Origin: an uncultured euryarchaeote
GTDB taxonomy: Archaea; Thermoplasmatota; Poseidoniia; Poseidoniales; Poseidoniaceae
Reading direction: 5' to 3'
DNA length: 64,000 nucleotides
NCBI GenBank assembly: GCA_937899865.1
Contig: CALBRH010000044.1
Span: 4,691-68,690 of the forward strand
Position numbers and translations under genes: made by a program. Of the stretch, positions 1 to 9,894 are shown one piece after another (the stretch's first letter is position 1; the number at the start of each line of letters is the position of its first letter). Below the pieces are notes generated by a model that saw only the letters and a program-made list of their open reading frames with translations, was not told where the DNA came from and made no database searches.

Positions 1-688
1 CCTCGGATACCAGTAATGACCCAATGCCGGTTGGTCCACACATTTTGTGTGCAGAAAAAGCCATGAAATCGGCTCCTAATTGTTGGAAATCAATCTCTTG
101 ATGTGGTGCGCTTTGAGCAGCATCAAGCAGAACTCTTGCGCCTTTTTTCTTAGCAATTTCAATAATTTTTTCGACGGGATTACAAACACCAAGAACGTTT
201 GAAATGTGGACTACACAGACTAATTTTGCACCTTCAATTGCATCTTCAAACAAATCCATATCCAGTGTGAGGTCTTTCTGTACTGGGACATATCTTAGTT
301 CAATATTCATTTCTTTGGCTAGCATTTGCCATGGAACAATATCTGAATGATGTTCCATTTCTGTCAAAATTATCGCATCACCATCTGAAAGGTTTGCTCT
401 TCCCCATGCATGAGCAACCAAGTTGATTGCTTCAGTTGTTCCACTTGTTATGATCGCCTTACTAGCATTAAAACGTGACTTTAATTCTCTACGGCATGAT
501 TCATATCCCTCTGTTGCCTCACCAGCAAGAGTGTGGACAGCACGGTGAACATTTGCATTTGAATTTGAATAGTAATCATTCATTGCATCTATGACTGAAT
601 TAGGTTTTTGAGTCGTTGCAGCATTATCAAAGTATACCAACGGATAGCCATTGATTTCACGCTGCAAAATAGGGAAATCATCACGCAT
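1..688 (-). CDS. sufS: cysteine desulfurase SufS (class V aminotransferase); 3' end cut by window edge
   Basis: Own translation of the minus strand from ATG at 688: MRDDFPILQREINGYPLVYFDNAATTQKP...DFMAFSAHKMCGPTGIGSLLVSE. It carries the PLP-lysine motif SAHKMCGPTGIG. Lies directly downstream of sufCBD. Not in the ORF track because it is open at the edge. Confidence 0.9.
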   Translation of the reverse strand, partial: MRDDFPILQREINGYPLVYFDNAATTQKPNSVIDAMNDYYSNSNANVHRAVHTLAGEATEGYESCRRELKSRFNASKAIITSGTTEAINLVAHAWGRANLSDGDAIILTEMEHHSDIVPWQMLAKEMNIELRYVPVQKDLTLDMDLFEDAIEGAKLVCVVHISNVLGVCNPVEKIIEIAKKKGARVLLDAAQSAPHQEIDFQQLGADFMAFSAHKMCGPTGIGSLLVSE

Positions 689-698
689 AATCTCATCC

Positions 699-1727
699 TC
701 ACTCGTCTATATTAGTGGATATAGCATCAATCAAAAATGCCTTTGTATGTTCATTTTTTATTTTTGCAAAACTACTGATTAAGAAACCTTCAACAATTTC
801 TGTTTGAGCATCATCTTTGCTAAATCCTCTAGCCATCATATAGTGTATTTGTTCGGGGTCTACCGATGAACTCGCTGCTCCATGAGCTGCACTTACATCA
901 TCAGAAAGTACCTCGAGTTCAGGTATTGCTTCTGCTCTAGCTTTCTCAGATAATAGTAGATTTTTGAATACTTGGCCAGCATCGGATTGATCACAATTTT
1001 CTTCGATAACAAGTAGGCCAGTACCGATCGCATGACCTTTATCTGAACATGCAGATTTGACACTCAATGATGAATTGCTATGACCGCTGAGGTGATGAAT
1101 TTCTATGTGATGGTCATCAATTCGACTATCTCTACAATTTACTGCTATATTTTGCATCAAGGTGGAATTGGTTCCTTTCAAGTAGGTTCGAATATCACTC
1201 TTGATTCTACTACCTCCCATGGATAATTCACCATATTCTAGGGTTGAATCACGGGCAATATCCCAATCTTCACAGCGTAGCATTGTGGTGTTTTCGCTCA
1301 AATCATTGACTATGGCAAATGACAAATTAACATTGCCATGTAAATTTCCTGTGATTGAAATTCCAAACCAGTTTGACTCACCTGACAAGCGAACACGAAT
1401 ACTTCCAGAGTTTTTTACTTCGAAATGGAAGTGGCAAGAATTCATTTCACCTTCACTGATTACTTGTATTTCTGAATTTGCATTTGAGTCATCTATTGTA
1501 ATGTTGTGAATCTTACTATTTGATTCTAGTAAAAATGTTCTTGAAATATCGGTTTTTGAGATTTCAGTAATGTTTGTTTTAGCATCAACTAATTCCCCAT
1601 TTAGCAATACGTTGGCAGAATTAATTTCCGGCATTGCATCTACTTGTGTTGGATGAACTTTACTCCATGGAGTATATCTCCAAAGGTGCTCAGACCTACT
1701 TGGAATTGGTAATTCTAGGTAACTCAT
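699..1727 (-). CDS. sufD: Fe-S cluster assembly protein SufD (short form)
   Basis: 342-aa ORF between sufB and sufS. SufBD-type C-terminal region (...[29 protein letters not shown]...). 4-nt overlap with the sufB stop. Confidence 0.8.
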   Translation of the reverse strand: MSYLELPIPSRSEHLWRYTPWSKVHPTQVDAMPEINSANVLLNGELVDAKTNITEISKTDISRTFLLESNSKIHNITIDDSNANSEIQVISEGEMNSCHFHFEVKNSGSIRVRLSGESNWFGISITGNLHGNVNLSFAIVNDLSENTTMLRCEDWDIARDSTLEYGELSMGGSRIKSDIRTYLKGTNSTLMQNIAVNCRDSRIDDHHIEIHHLSGHSNSSLSVKSACSDKGHAIGTGLLVIEENCDQSDAGQVFKNLLLSEKARAEAIPELEVLSDDVSAAHGAASSSVDPEQIHYMMARGFSKDDAQTEIVEGFLISSFAKIKNEHTKAFLIDAISTNIDE

Positions 1728-3130
1728 CCAATGGCACCTTCCATCTCAAGTTCGAGTAATTTGTTTAGTTCAACTGCATATTCCATTGGTAGTTCTCTGG
1801 TAAATGGTTCGAAGAATCCATTGACAATAAGCCCCATGGCTTCTTCTTCACTAAATCCTCGACTCATGAGGTAGAATAATTGGTCTCCTGAAATTTTTGA
1901 AACACTGGCTTCATGTTCCAAGTCAGCAGAGGAGTTGCTTACTTCCATAGTTGGATAGGTGTCAGAGCGTGAATCAGCATCGAGCATTAAAGCATCACAT
2001 ACTACCTTTGAACGACATCCGTGGGCTTTAGGATTAACTTTCAAAAGTCCACGATATGAGGATCTACCACCGTTCTTTGAAATTGATTTTGATAGAATGT
2101 TAGAGGTGGTATTTGATGCTAAATGGTGAACCTTAGCACCAGCATCTTGGTGCTGTCCTTCGCCAGCATAAGCGACAGATATTATTTCTGCATGAGCGCC
2201 TTCTCCCTTGAGTATTACCGCTGGATACTTCATAGTCAATTTTGAGCCAATGTTACCATCAACCCATTCGACAACTGCATTCTTATGGGCAATACCTCGC
2301 TTAGTTACCAAGTTATACACATTAGCAGACCAGTTCTGCACAGTTGAGTAGCGTATCTTAGCACCATCCATAGCAATTAATTCAACAACAGCAGAATGTA
2401 GGGAGTCAGTAGAATAAGTTGGAGCAGTACAACCTTCAACATAGTGTATGCTACTACCTTCATCTGCAATAATCAGGGTTCTTTCGAATTGTCCCATGTT
2501 TTTGGCATTGATTCTAAAGTATGCTTGAACCGGCATTTCAACATGAACACCTTTTGGAACATAGATAAATGACCCACCACTCCACACTGCGGTATTCAAC
2601 GCAGAGAATTTATTATCAGCATATGGCACAACAGTGCAAAAGTATTTCTTGACCAATTCAGGATATTCTTTCAGCCCAGAATCCATATCAAGGAAAATCA
2701 CACCTTGCTCTTCGAGATCTTCTCTAATCGAATGATAGACTGCTTCTGACTCATATTGAGCGGTAACTCCACCTAACCACTTTTGCTCAGCTTCAGGAAT
2801 TCCAAGTCGATCAAAAGTATTCTTAATGTCATCAGGAACATCATCCCAGTTCTTTTCGGTTTGTTCAGATGAACGCAAAAAGTATGTTACATTATCAAAG
2901 TCAATCGAATCAAGCATACTGCAGTTTCCCCAATTAGGCATTGGCCTGTCCATGAAGTGATGGTAGGCTTTAACCCTAATTTCAGTCATCCATTCCGGTT
3001 CATTTTTGAGTTCAGAAATATCTCTAACTACTTGCTCAGTCAAGCCTTTATCAAATCTAATAGTAGCATTTTCCGGATCGTGAAATCCATACTTGTAATC
3101 TCCTACTGCATTGTTTGCATCTTCACTCAT
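1724..3130 (-). CDS. sufB: Fe-S cluster assembly protein SufB
   Basis: Strong SufB-like sequence (YGFHDPE..., [26 protein letters not shown]). Start placed at MSEDANN (ATG 3130), which has GGAGG about 8 nt upstream and sits just after the sufC stop. The ORF-track start at 3148 is less likely. Confidence 0.95.
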   Translation of the reverse strand: MSEDANNAVGDYKYGFHDPENATIRFDKGLTEQVVRDISELKNEPEWMTEIRVKAYHHFMDRPMPNWGNCSMLDSIDFDNVTYFLRSSEQTEKNWDDVPDDIKNTFDRLGIPEAEQKWLGGVTAQYESEAVYHSIREDLEEQGVIFLDMDSGLKEYPELVKKYFCTVVPYADNKFSALNTAVWSGGSFIYVPKGVHVEMPVQAYFRINAKNMGQFERTLIIADEGSSIHYVEGCTAPTYSTDSLHSAVVELIAMDGAKIRYSTVQNWSANVYNLVTKRGIAHKNAVVEWVDGNIGSKLTMKYPAVILKGEGAHAEIISVAYAGEGQHQDAGAKVHHLASNTTSNILSKSISKNGGRSSYRGLLKVNPKAHGCRSKVVCDALMLDADSRSDTYPTMEVSNSSADLEHEASVSKISGDQLFYLMSRGFSEEEAMGLIVNGFFEPFTRELPMEYAVELNKLLELEMEGAIG

Positions 3131-3132
3131 AA

Positions 3133-3870
3133 TTATGCCTCCAACCAATCATAGCCTCTTGCCTCTAATTCCAAGGCAAGTTCTGGTCCACCAGATTTGA
3201 CAAATTTACCATCAATCATTGCATGAACAAAGTCAGGCTTAACAAGATCAAGAAGTCTTTGATAGTGGGTAATCAGTAATACGCCAATATTTTGTGCAGT
3301 TTCATTAATTCCCTTAGCAACAAGTCTCAATGCATCGATATCTAATCCGGAATCAGTTTCATCTAAGAGTGCAAGACGAGGCTTTAACAACATCATTTGT
3401 AACATTTCCAAGCGCTTTTTCTCGCCACCACTAAAACCATCATTTACATATCTTGATAGGAAACTGCGATCCATTTCTAATTTCTCCATCGCATTGTTTA
3501 ATTCTTTACGAAATTCTCTTGCTTTGATATTTTCATCTCTAACATTATTGACGGATTTCTTCAAGAAATTGCCAACTTGAACTCCAGGTATTGATGGAGG
3601 ATATTGGAAGGAAAGAAACATACCTGCTCTGGCTCGCTCAAACACATCATAATCTTCGATTGCTTTACCGAGGTAAAATATTTCACCACTGGTAATTTCA
3701 TACGCAGGGTGCCCCATTAAAACGTGAGCAAGAGTAGATTTTCCTGAGCCATTACGACCCATAATGGCATGAATTTCACCAGTTTTGATTGCAAGATTGA
3801 TTCCCTTGATAATCTCTTTACCGTCGACAGACACATGGAGTTCGCGTATGTCAAGTATCAAGTCAGACAT
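3133..3870 (-). CDS. sufC: Fe-S cluster assembly ATPase SufC
   Basis: Walker [10 protein letters not shown], signature FSGGEKKR, Walker [13 protein letters not shown]. First gene of the sufCBDS order. Confidence 0.95.
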   Translation of the reverse strand: MSDLILDIRELHVSVDGKEIIKGINLAIKTGEIHAIMGRNGSGKSTLAHVLMGHPAYEITSGEIFYLGKAIEDYDVFERARAGMFLSFQYPPSIPGVQVGNFLKKSVNNVRDENIKAREFRKELNNAMEKLEMDRSFLSRYVNDGFSGGEKKRLEMLQMMLLKPRLALLDETDSGLDIDALRLVAKGINETAQNIGVLLITHYQRLLDLVKPDFVHAMIDGKFVKSGGPELALELEARGYDWLEA

Positions 3871-3940
3871 TGTCCCACCAATTTATTCCATATGATTCTC
3901 CTTTATGAATGAGTGTAAAAAATTGCGGCGCAGTATTGCG

Positions 3941-3960
3941 TTTTTAGGTTGGCCTAAAAA
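3941..3960. promoter_or_regulatory. perfect 20-bp palindrome TTTTTAGG-TTGG-CCTAAAAA in the divergent sufC / nfu-like promoter region; candidate operator
   Basis: Read directly: 8-bp arms are exact reverse complements with a 4-nt spacer. Located in the 128-bp gap between two divergent Fe-S assembly genes. Confidence 0.35.
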
Positions 3961-3998
3961 TAGCAAAAAGTCAAAAACCACAACGATTTACCAACATC

Positions 3999-4460
3999 AT
4001 GACTGATGATGACCTCGTTGCAAAGTATGCAGCAGAGGCGAAGAAATCAATTGAAGAAGAGGCGCAAAAGCGCGTTGAGGAAGTCATTGATCCAATTTAC
4101 GAGGCAAAACTCAGAGCGAATTCACTTTTTGTTATGTTGGATTCAGAGGATTTGGTGCCAGCACTATTGGCTAGGCTAGGCAGCGTTAGAGCAGCTCTTG
4201 ATGGCCATGGCGGTGGAATAAAAGTAGATTCATACCAAAGTTTGTCAAATGAGGGTAGTCAATCTCTCGATTTTGTTTTGGATTTAACAGGGGCTTGTCT
4301 TTCTTGCGGTGCGGCTCCTGGAACCCTTGATGGGATTAAGGCTGATTTGGAATCAGATAAGGAAATCAGTAACGTAAGATTTTCAAGTAATTTGCTAGAC
4401 ACCTTTGATGAATTAGGCAGAGAATTTATTTTAGCTCACGGAAATGTTGAGTTTGTTTAA
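3999..4460 (+). CDS. NifU/Nfu-like Fe-S scaffold domain protein
   Basis: C-terminal Nfu-type CxxC motif LDLTGACLSCGAAPGTLDGIK. Divergent from the suf operon. Confidence 0.65.
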   Translation: MTDDDLVAKYAAEAKKSIEEEAQKRVEEVIDPIYEAKLRANSLFVMLDSEDLVPALLARLGSVRAALDGHGGGIKVDSYQSLSNEGSQSLDFVLDLTGACLSCGAAPGTLDGIKADLESDKEISNVRFSSNLLDTFDELGREFILAHGNVEFV

Positions 4461-4520
4461 TATCCTCGTAGATATTTTCCGATGGGATGATTTCAAATCA
4501 CAATTGGTTTAGCAACGCAC

Positions 4521-6791
4521 ATGCCTGTGTGGTCCGACCAACCTAGACCAGACCCTGAGGCTTGTCGCGAAAGCGATGAGGGGTTGTTCGAAGTTACAGT
4601 TCGTGATGGTCGAGCAAGATTGGGTAAGTTATACACCAAACATGGTGTACTGGAAACTCCGGCGTTATTACCAGTAATCAATCCAAATATTCGCACTATA
4701 GAGCCTAGAGAGATGTGGGATAGATATGGCATTGGTGCACTAATTACCAATTCATATATCATTTGGAAGCATGATAAATTAAAGGAAATCGCTACGACAA
4801 ATGGTGTTCACGAATTACTAAATTATCCTGGGGTAATTATGACCGATTCTGGAACTTTTCAATCATATGTTTATGGCGATGTAGAAGTGGGAGTAGAGGA
4901 AATTGTTGAGTTTCAACGCTCGATTGGTGTTGATATTGCAACAATGTTAGATGTATTTTCCAGACCTGATATGAAACATTCAGAAGTTTCTGCAGCGGTT
5001 GAAGAAACATTAGAACGTTCACAGTTATCTGTAGATACGGCCCAAGATACAATGTTGAATGGACCTATTCAGGGTGGCTTATTTCCTGATTTGAGGAAGA
5101 AATCTGCTATGGAGATGAGTAAGTTTGATTTTTCGATACATCCAATAGGCGGAATTGTTCCAATTATGGAACAACAACGGTATCGAGAATACGCTAAAAT
5201 AATGCTATCCACATTGCCATTTCTACCTTCAAATCGTCCAGTTCATATGTTTGGTTGCGGCCACCCAATGCTATTTCCAATGTCAATTGCCTTAGGAGCC
5301 GATTTATTTGATTCAGCAGCTTATGCATTATTTGCTCGTGATGGCAGGATTCTTACTCCTTGGGGTACTGAAAAACTGGAAGGATTGATTGAATGGCCAA
5401 TAATTATGCCATGTATTAGTTCACACACTCCAGAAGAAGTAAGGAAGATGGACAAAGATGACAGAATGAAATTGCTGTCTAAATATAATCTTGAAATCAC
5501 TCTTGCCGAATTATCTAGATGTCGCCAGGCGGTTAGAGATGGAGATATCTGGCGACTAGTTGAACAGAGAAGTCATCAACACCCTGCATTAAGGGATGCT
5601 TTTTTGTGGTTGACTACAAACCCAGCAACAGCAAAATATATCAAATTAAATCATGATGATATTCCACTAGATGAAATTACCTCGTCTCAAGATTTTTCCA
5701 ACCAAGGTGGATGGGAAAGCGGTTGGAACTGGATCTTAGATGCACAGTTGACTCCTCGAAAAGGTGGCGAGCAATGGGCAGGTTCTGATACATTCAGCAG
5801 ACCTCATATTACTGCGGCAAGAAATCTGTTGTTTGATCGTTGGCATCCAAGAAAATCAACTGAAATTGGTTCTGATTCAGTATTGATTTTTTACGGCCAA
5901 TCTGGGCCATGGCGTGACAGATGTGATGCTGTTGTCGCAAAAATTTTGCAATATGTGCCAGGTTTGGAAATAATGATAAATACGCCAATCGGTTTAGTTC
6001 CATATAGTTTAGAAGACTTGAATCCTTTCTGTCATATTGAGGGTCCAGATTGGCTATGGAAAAACAAATTGGATATGGCGAAAATTGCTCAAGAACTAGA
6101 TAATTTTGGTCTTGCTGGCAAGGCAATAATTCCTGTGGATTTGCGTAAGGATAATTTTGAGACATTAGTATTTGAAAAAATGAACAAGTTTGAATCATCT
6201 GTGAAAGCAGAGTTAGTTGATGGCCAAATTAAAATTTTAGACGAAGAATTGTTCAAACAAGGACATTTAAAATTAAATCGCCTTAAGGCTGCAGACAAGT
6301 TTTCTGTATTGTTCAACATAAATCACGAGGTCGCTCAAGAAATGTCACATTCGATGCAATTTGTGGTTAACAAATACGGGCGAATCAAGAATGTATTGTC
6401 TTCAAGTGGTCAACATCTGGCAAGTTTTAGGCTCGGTGATGGAGGATTATCACTAAATAATTCGGGTGCAATTGAATTGTTTGCTAGAAGAAGAAAGCAA
6501 TTGCCCAAGACATTTTCTCAAACATCAATCGCTCCTTATGCAGGTGAAGGTTTGGCTGTTGTGGTAGTTGATGATGACGCTGAGCCATTTATTCGAAAAG
6601 GTCGCAATGTCTTCCATGGATTTGTTTTAGCATGTGATCCATGGTTAAGGCCAGGAGAAGCTTGCTTGATTTGTGATAAAGCAGGGAATTTGCTTGGTCA
6701 CGGAGTCTCTGTCTCAACTGTTGAAGATTTAGCATCGATGAAAAAAGGTGTGGCAATCAAAACACGCGATGGGATAAAGGAAGATGCTTAA
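4521..6791 (+). CDS. tgtA: archaeosine tRNA-guanine transglycosylase (ArcTGT) with C-terminal PUA-like region; unusually long, zinc motif missing
   Basis: TGT hallmarks: LETPALLPVINP, IMTDSGTFQ, HPIGGIVP, PVHMFGCGHPMLFPMSIALGADLFDSAAY. C-terminal region is PUA-like (GVAIKTRDG). Confidence 0.85.
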   Translation: MPVWSDQPRPDPEACRESDEGLFEVTVRDGRARLGKLYTKHGVLETPALLPVINPNIRTIEPREMWDRYGIGALITNSYIIWKHDKLKEIATTNGVHELLNYPGVIMTDSGTFQSYVYGDVEVGVEEIVEFQRSIGVDIATMLDVFSRPDMKHSEVSAAVEETLERSQLSVDTAQDTMLNGPIQGGLFPDLRKKSAMEMSKFDFSIHPIGGIVPIMEQQRYREYAKIMLSTLPFLPSNRPVHMFGCGHPMLFPMSIALGADLFDSAAYALFARDGRILTPWGTEKLEGLIEWPIIMPCISSHTPEEVRKMDKDDRMKLLSKYNLEITLAELSRCRQAVRDGDIWRLVEQRSHQHPALRDAFLWLTTNPATAKYIKLNHDDIPLDEITSSQDFSNQGGWESGWNWILDAQLTPRKGGEQWAGSDTFSRPHITAARNLLFDRWHPRKSTEIGSDSVLIFYGQSGPWRDRCDAVVAKILQYVPGLEIMINTPIGLVPYSLEDLNPFCHIEGPDWLWKNKLDMAKIAQELDNFGLAGKAIIPVDLRKDNFETLVFEKMNKFESSVKAELVDGQIKILDEELFKQGHLKLNRLKAADKFSVLFNINHEVAQEMSHSMQFVVNKYGRIKNVLSSSGQHLASFRLGDGGLSLNNSGAIELFARRRKQLPKTFSQTSIAPYAGEGLAVVVVDDDAEPFIRKGRNVFHGFVLACDPWLRPGEACLICDKAGNLLGHGVSVSTVEDLASMKKGVAIKTRDGIKEDA

Positions 6792-6851
6792 GCAGTTCAA
6801 TTGAGCGTAGCATTCAAAGGTTGCCTGTTATCTCCTTTGTTTGGGTAAACC

Positions 6852-7862
6852 ATGTCAGGTAATGAGTATATCATCGAAACGACTGATTTATCCAAGTCTT
6901 ATGGCCCACATATGGCCCTAGAAAAATTGAATCTTAAAGTCAATAAAGGGGCAACAGGATTGCTTGGGCCTAATGGTGCAGGGAAATCCACCTTTCTCAA
7001 AACAATTCTCGGTTTGATCCAAGCGACTTCTGGTGATGGCACCGTACTTGGCCACGATATACGTACTGAAGGAGCAGCAATTCGTTCAAGAATTGGCTAC
7101 ATGCCTGAATATGATGCATTAAACCCTGATATGGAAGCCATCTACCAAGTGAAATATTCAGGTGAATTATTAGGTATGAATCCAGTTATTGCTATGGCAA
7201 GAGCCCATGAAGTACTGCAGTATGTGGGGCTTGGTGAACAAAGATATCGTAATATTGGCAGTTTTTCTACCGGAATGAAACAGGCTACTAAACTGGCATG
7301 CAGTATTATTCATGACCCTGAGTTGATTATTGCAGATGAGCCATCAAATGGTTTAGATTCAACTGCTCGAGAATTCATGATTTCAACCTTGCAAAACATG
7401 GTAAATAATGGCAACCGTTCTGTTATGATGGCATCACATCTAATGGATGATGTTGAGAGAGTATGTGACCATATGGTACTTTTGCATAAAGGAAAATTAG
7501 CCGCTCAAGGTAAAATAGAGGATTTGAAGGACATTGACCGGGAGATTGAAATTCATGTATGGGGTAATGCTTCCAAGTTAGAAGAAAAAATGACCTCAAT
7601 CGGCTTAGAAGTTAGGCGAGAGGGTAGAATAATGCGTATTCTTCATGAAGACGAAGATACTACTTCGAAAATTTTGTCATGTGCTGCAGAAGTTGGTTCA
7701 CAAATTCGTAGAATGCATGAATATGAAGCATCTCTTGAGGATTTATTCATAGTGATTATGGAAAATTTAGGCTATGAAGTCAAAACCAGTCAAGACCTTC
7801 TACGTAGTCCAGTTCAAGCAAGGCAAGTAGATGCACCAAGTCATATGGGGGGAGGCTCATGA
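6852..7862 (+). CDS. ABC transporter ATP-binding protein (first of two in operon)
   Basis: Walker A GPNGAGKST, signature FSTGMKQ, Walker B LIIADEPSNGLD. Confidence 0.85.
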   Translation: MSGNEYIIETTDLSKSYGPHMALEKLNLKVNKGATGLLGPNGAGKSTFLKTILGLIQATSGDGTVLGHDIRTEGAAIRSRIGYMPEYDALNPDMEAIYQVKYSGELLGMNPVIAMARAHEVLQYVGLGEQRYRNIGSFSTGMKQATKLACSIIHDPELIIADEPSNGLDSTAREFMISTLQNMVNNGNRSVMMASHLMDDVERVCDHMVLLHKGKLAAQGKIEDLKDIDREIEIHVWGNASKLEEKMTSIGLEVRREGRIMRILHEDEDTTSKILSCAAEVGSQIRRMHEYEASLEDLFIVIMENLGYEVKTSQDLLRSPVQARQVDAPSHMGGGS

Positions 7863-8905
7863 GTGATCAGGAAGTTGATTTGGAATCCTCAACAGATGAT
7901 TTGAGTTATTCTGAGAATGCTCCAGTTACAGGTCAAGGGCGTATGGATGCCGCATGGGGTTCAAGGGATGGAGATGAATCAGCAACAGCCCAAGTAAGTA
8001 GTAATAACGCTTCAGTTGGTTATGTTTTTGAGCAAATTTACAAGCCTTGGAATGGAACATTGAATCCACGTTGGATGAGGAATTGGGCCATCCTTAGACA
8101 CCATGTGTTGGGGATTTTCCGTAAAGGGCATCGTCCATGGGGGCTACCGACTAAATTATTCATTGTACTCGTATTCATTGCATCTCTTGCTGATGTTGGA
8201 CTGACTTTACTTTCTGCCTTAATTGGCAGTCCTGAATTACACACTATGTGGGGTGTAAATCGAGACAATCTATACGGTCATGTCCTCGGATTTTTCCCAC
8301 GTAACATGTTGTATTATCCTATTCTTGCCGCGTTGTTGGTAGGAGGAATAATTTCAGAGGACAGATATCATGGGACATCGGCACTTTATTTTTCAAGACC
8401 GATCAGTAGATTTGACTATGTAGGAATGAAGTATATCTCCGTGGCAATGATTCAAGCATTTGTTGTATTGCTGACTTTGATGATATACTACTTCGTTGAA
8501 ATTATTGCAATGGGACGTGGTTGGGCTTGGATTATTGACACCTTCCCATTGTTCTTAGCAGCCTTTATTGGCGGTATTTTGTTGATTATCACATACACAA
8601 GTATTGGTCTTGGATTGTCGAGTGTTTCTAAGGGGAAGTTCTTCCCTGGAATTGGTTTGGTGGCAATTGTATTAGGTAGCAAAACATTAGCGGTATTAGT
8701 ATCAAATTTGTTCGAGCGAGACATTATGTATTTGCTCTCACCTTACGATTGTTTGGCTCATGTCGGTCAAGCTTTAGTTGGCACACAAACTACCTATGAC
8801 CAATATTCGTGGACATGGTCATTTGCCTCATTAGTATTAATGAATGCATTTTTCCTCTACATATTATCATCAAGAGTAGCTTCAATGGAGGTGACAAGAG
8901 AATGA
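7859..8905 (+). CDS. polytopic membrane protein, probable ABC-2-type permease
   Basis: ATGA overlap with the upstream ATPase. Acidic or polar N-terminal 60 aa followed by multiple hydrophobic helices. Confidence 0.55.
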   Translation: MSDQEVDLESSTDDLSYSENAPVTGQGRMDAAWGSRDGDESATAQVSSNNASVGYVFEQIYKPWNGTLNPRWMRNWAILRHHVLGIFRKGHRPWGLPTKLFIVLVFIASLADVGLTLLSALIGSPELHTMWGVNRDNLYGHVLGFFPRNMLYYPILAALLVGGIISEDRYHGTSALYFSRPISRFDYVGMKYISVAMIQAFVVLLTLMIYYFVEIIAMGRGWAWIIDTFPLFLAAFIGGILLIITYTSIGLGLSSVSKGKFFPGIGLVAIVLGSKTLAVLVSNLFERDIMYLLSPYDCLAHVGQALVGTQTTYDQYSWTWSFASLVLMNAFFLYILSSRVASMEVTRE

Positions 8906-9894
8906 TGCCGGATTTTCACCAAGAAGGAAAAGCCGAGACAACAGAGTGGCAACCTGAGCAACAAGCACCGGTTATTTTGCTAGAAAATGTCAGCAAAACA
9001 TACGGTAAAATACACGCATTGAGCGGTATTACCCTCGCCTTAAGCGGTGGAGTTACCGGTATTCTTGGTTTGAATGGAGCAGGAAAATCAACCCTGTTCA
9101 AAATTCTAATGGGTAAATTGAAACCCAGTTCAGGACAAGTGAGATTGTTTGGTACTAACCCTTGGAAAAACCCTGCTCCATATTCAAGAGTGGGTTTTGT
9201 GCCAGAAGGCGAGAAAATGTATGATTGGATGACTGCTCATGATTTTATTTCCACATTTGCTAGATTAAATGGATTAACTCGTGATGAAGCTAAACTTGAG
9301 GCTGATAGAGTATTAGATTTCGTTGGGCTTTTAGATGTTGCACACAAGCAAATAGGTCGTTTCTCAAAGGGTATGCGTCAGCGGACTAAGATTGCCCATG
9401 CATTGGTTAATAACCCAGATTTGATTATTTTAGATGAGCCACTTCAAGGGTGTGATCCTTTGGCTAGAACTACAATAATGAATGTCATAAGAGAATTAGG
9501 TCGAATGGGTAGAACAGTTATTGTTAGCAGTCATATTTTGACAGAAATTGAACGTATTACCGAACAGATAGTCATTTTGCATCATGGAAGGTTACTTGCA
9601 TTAGGAAATCTACACGCGATAAGAGAAAAAATGGATAACATTCCTCATAGAATCGATATTGGTTGTGAATCGCCCAAAGGTTTGGCGAAAAGTGTAATTG
9701 ATATTGATTCAGTACACGGCATCATATTCCAACATCCAGAAAAATTAACTGTTCAGACACGAAATTTAGGAGACTTCCATAGTAATCTGCCAAAAACAAT
9801 TATCGATAGTGGTCAAAAAGTCAATTCAATTGACAATCCAGATGATGATTTGGCATCAATTCTTGGCTATTTAACTGGTGGAGGTGGATACTGA
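8902..9894 (+). CDS. ABC transporter ATP-binding protein (second in operon)
   Basis: Walker A GLNGAGKST, signature FSKGMRQR, Walker B LIILDEPLQGCD. Start set at ATG 8902 (ATGA overlap, GGAGGTGA upstream) rather than 8809. Confidence 0.85.
   Translation: MMPDFHQEGKAETTEWQPEQQAPVILLENVSKTYGKIHALSGITLALSGGVTGILGLNGAGKSTLFKILMGKLKPSSGQVRLFGTNPWKNPAPYSRVGFVPEGEKMYDWMTAHDFISTFARLNGLTRDEAKLEADRVLDFVGLLDVAHKQIGRFSKGMRQRTKIAHALVNNPDLIILDEPLQGCDPLARTTIMNVIRELGRMGRTVIVSSHILTEIERITEQIVILHHGRLLALGNLHAIREKMDNIPHRIDIGCESPKGLAKSVIDIDSVHGIIFQHPEKLTVQTRNLGDFHSNLPKTIIDSGQKVNSIDNPDDDLASILGYLTGGGGY

Noticed and set aside
8809-8901. Upstream extension of the second ABC ATPase (MDMVICLISINE...)
   Set aside because: It overlaps the 3' end of the permease gene by about 100 nt in another frame. 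The ATG at 8902 has an ATGA overlap and a GGAGGTGA ribosome-binding site.
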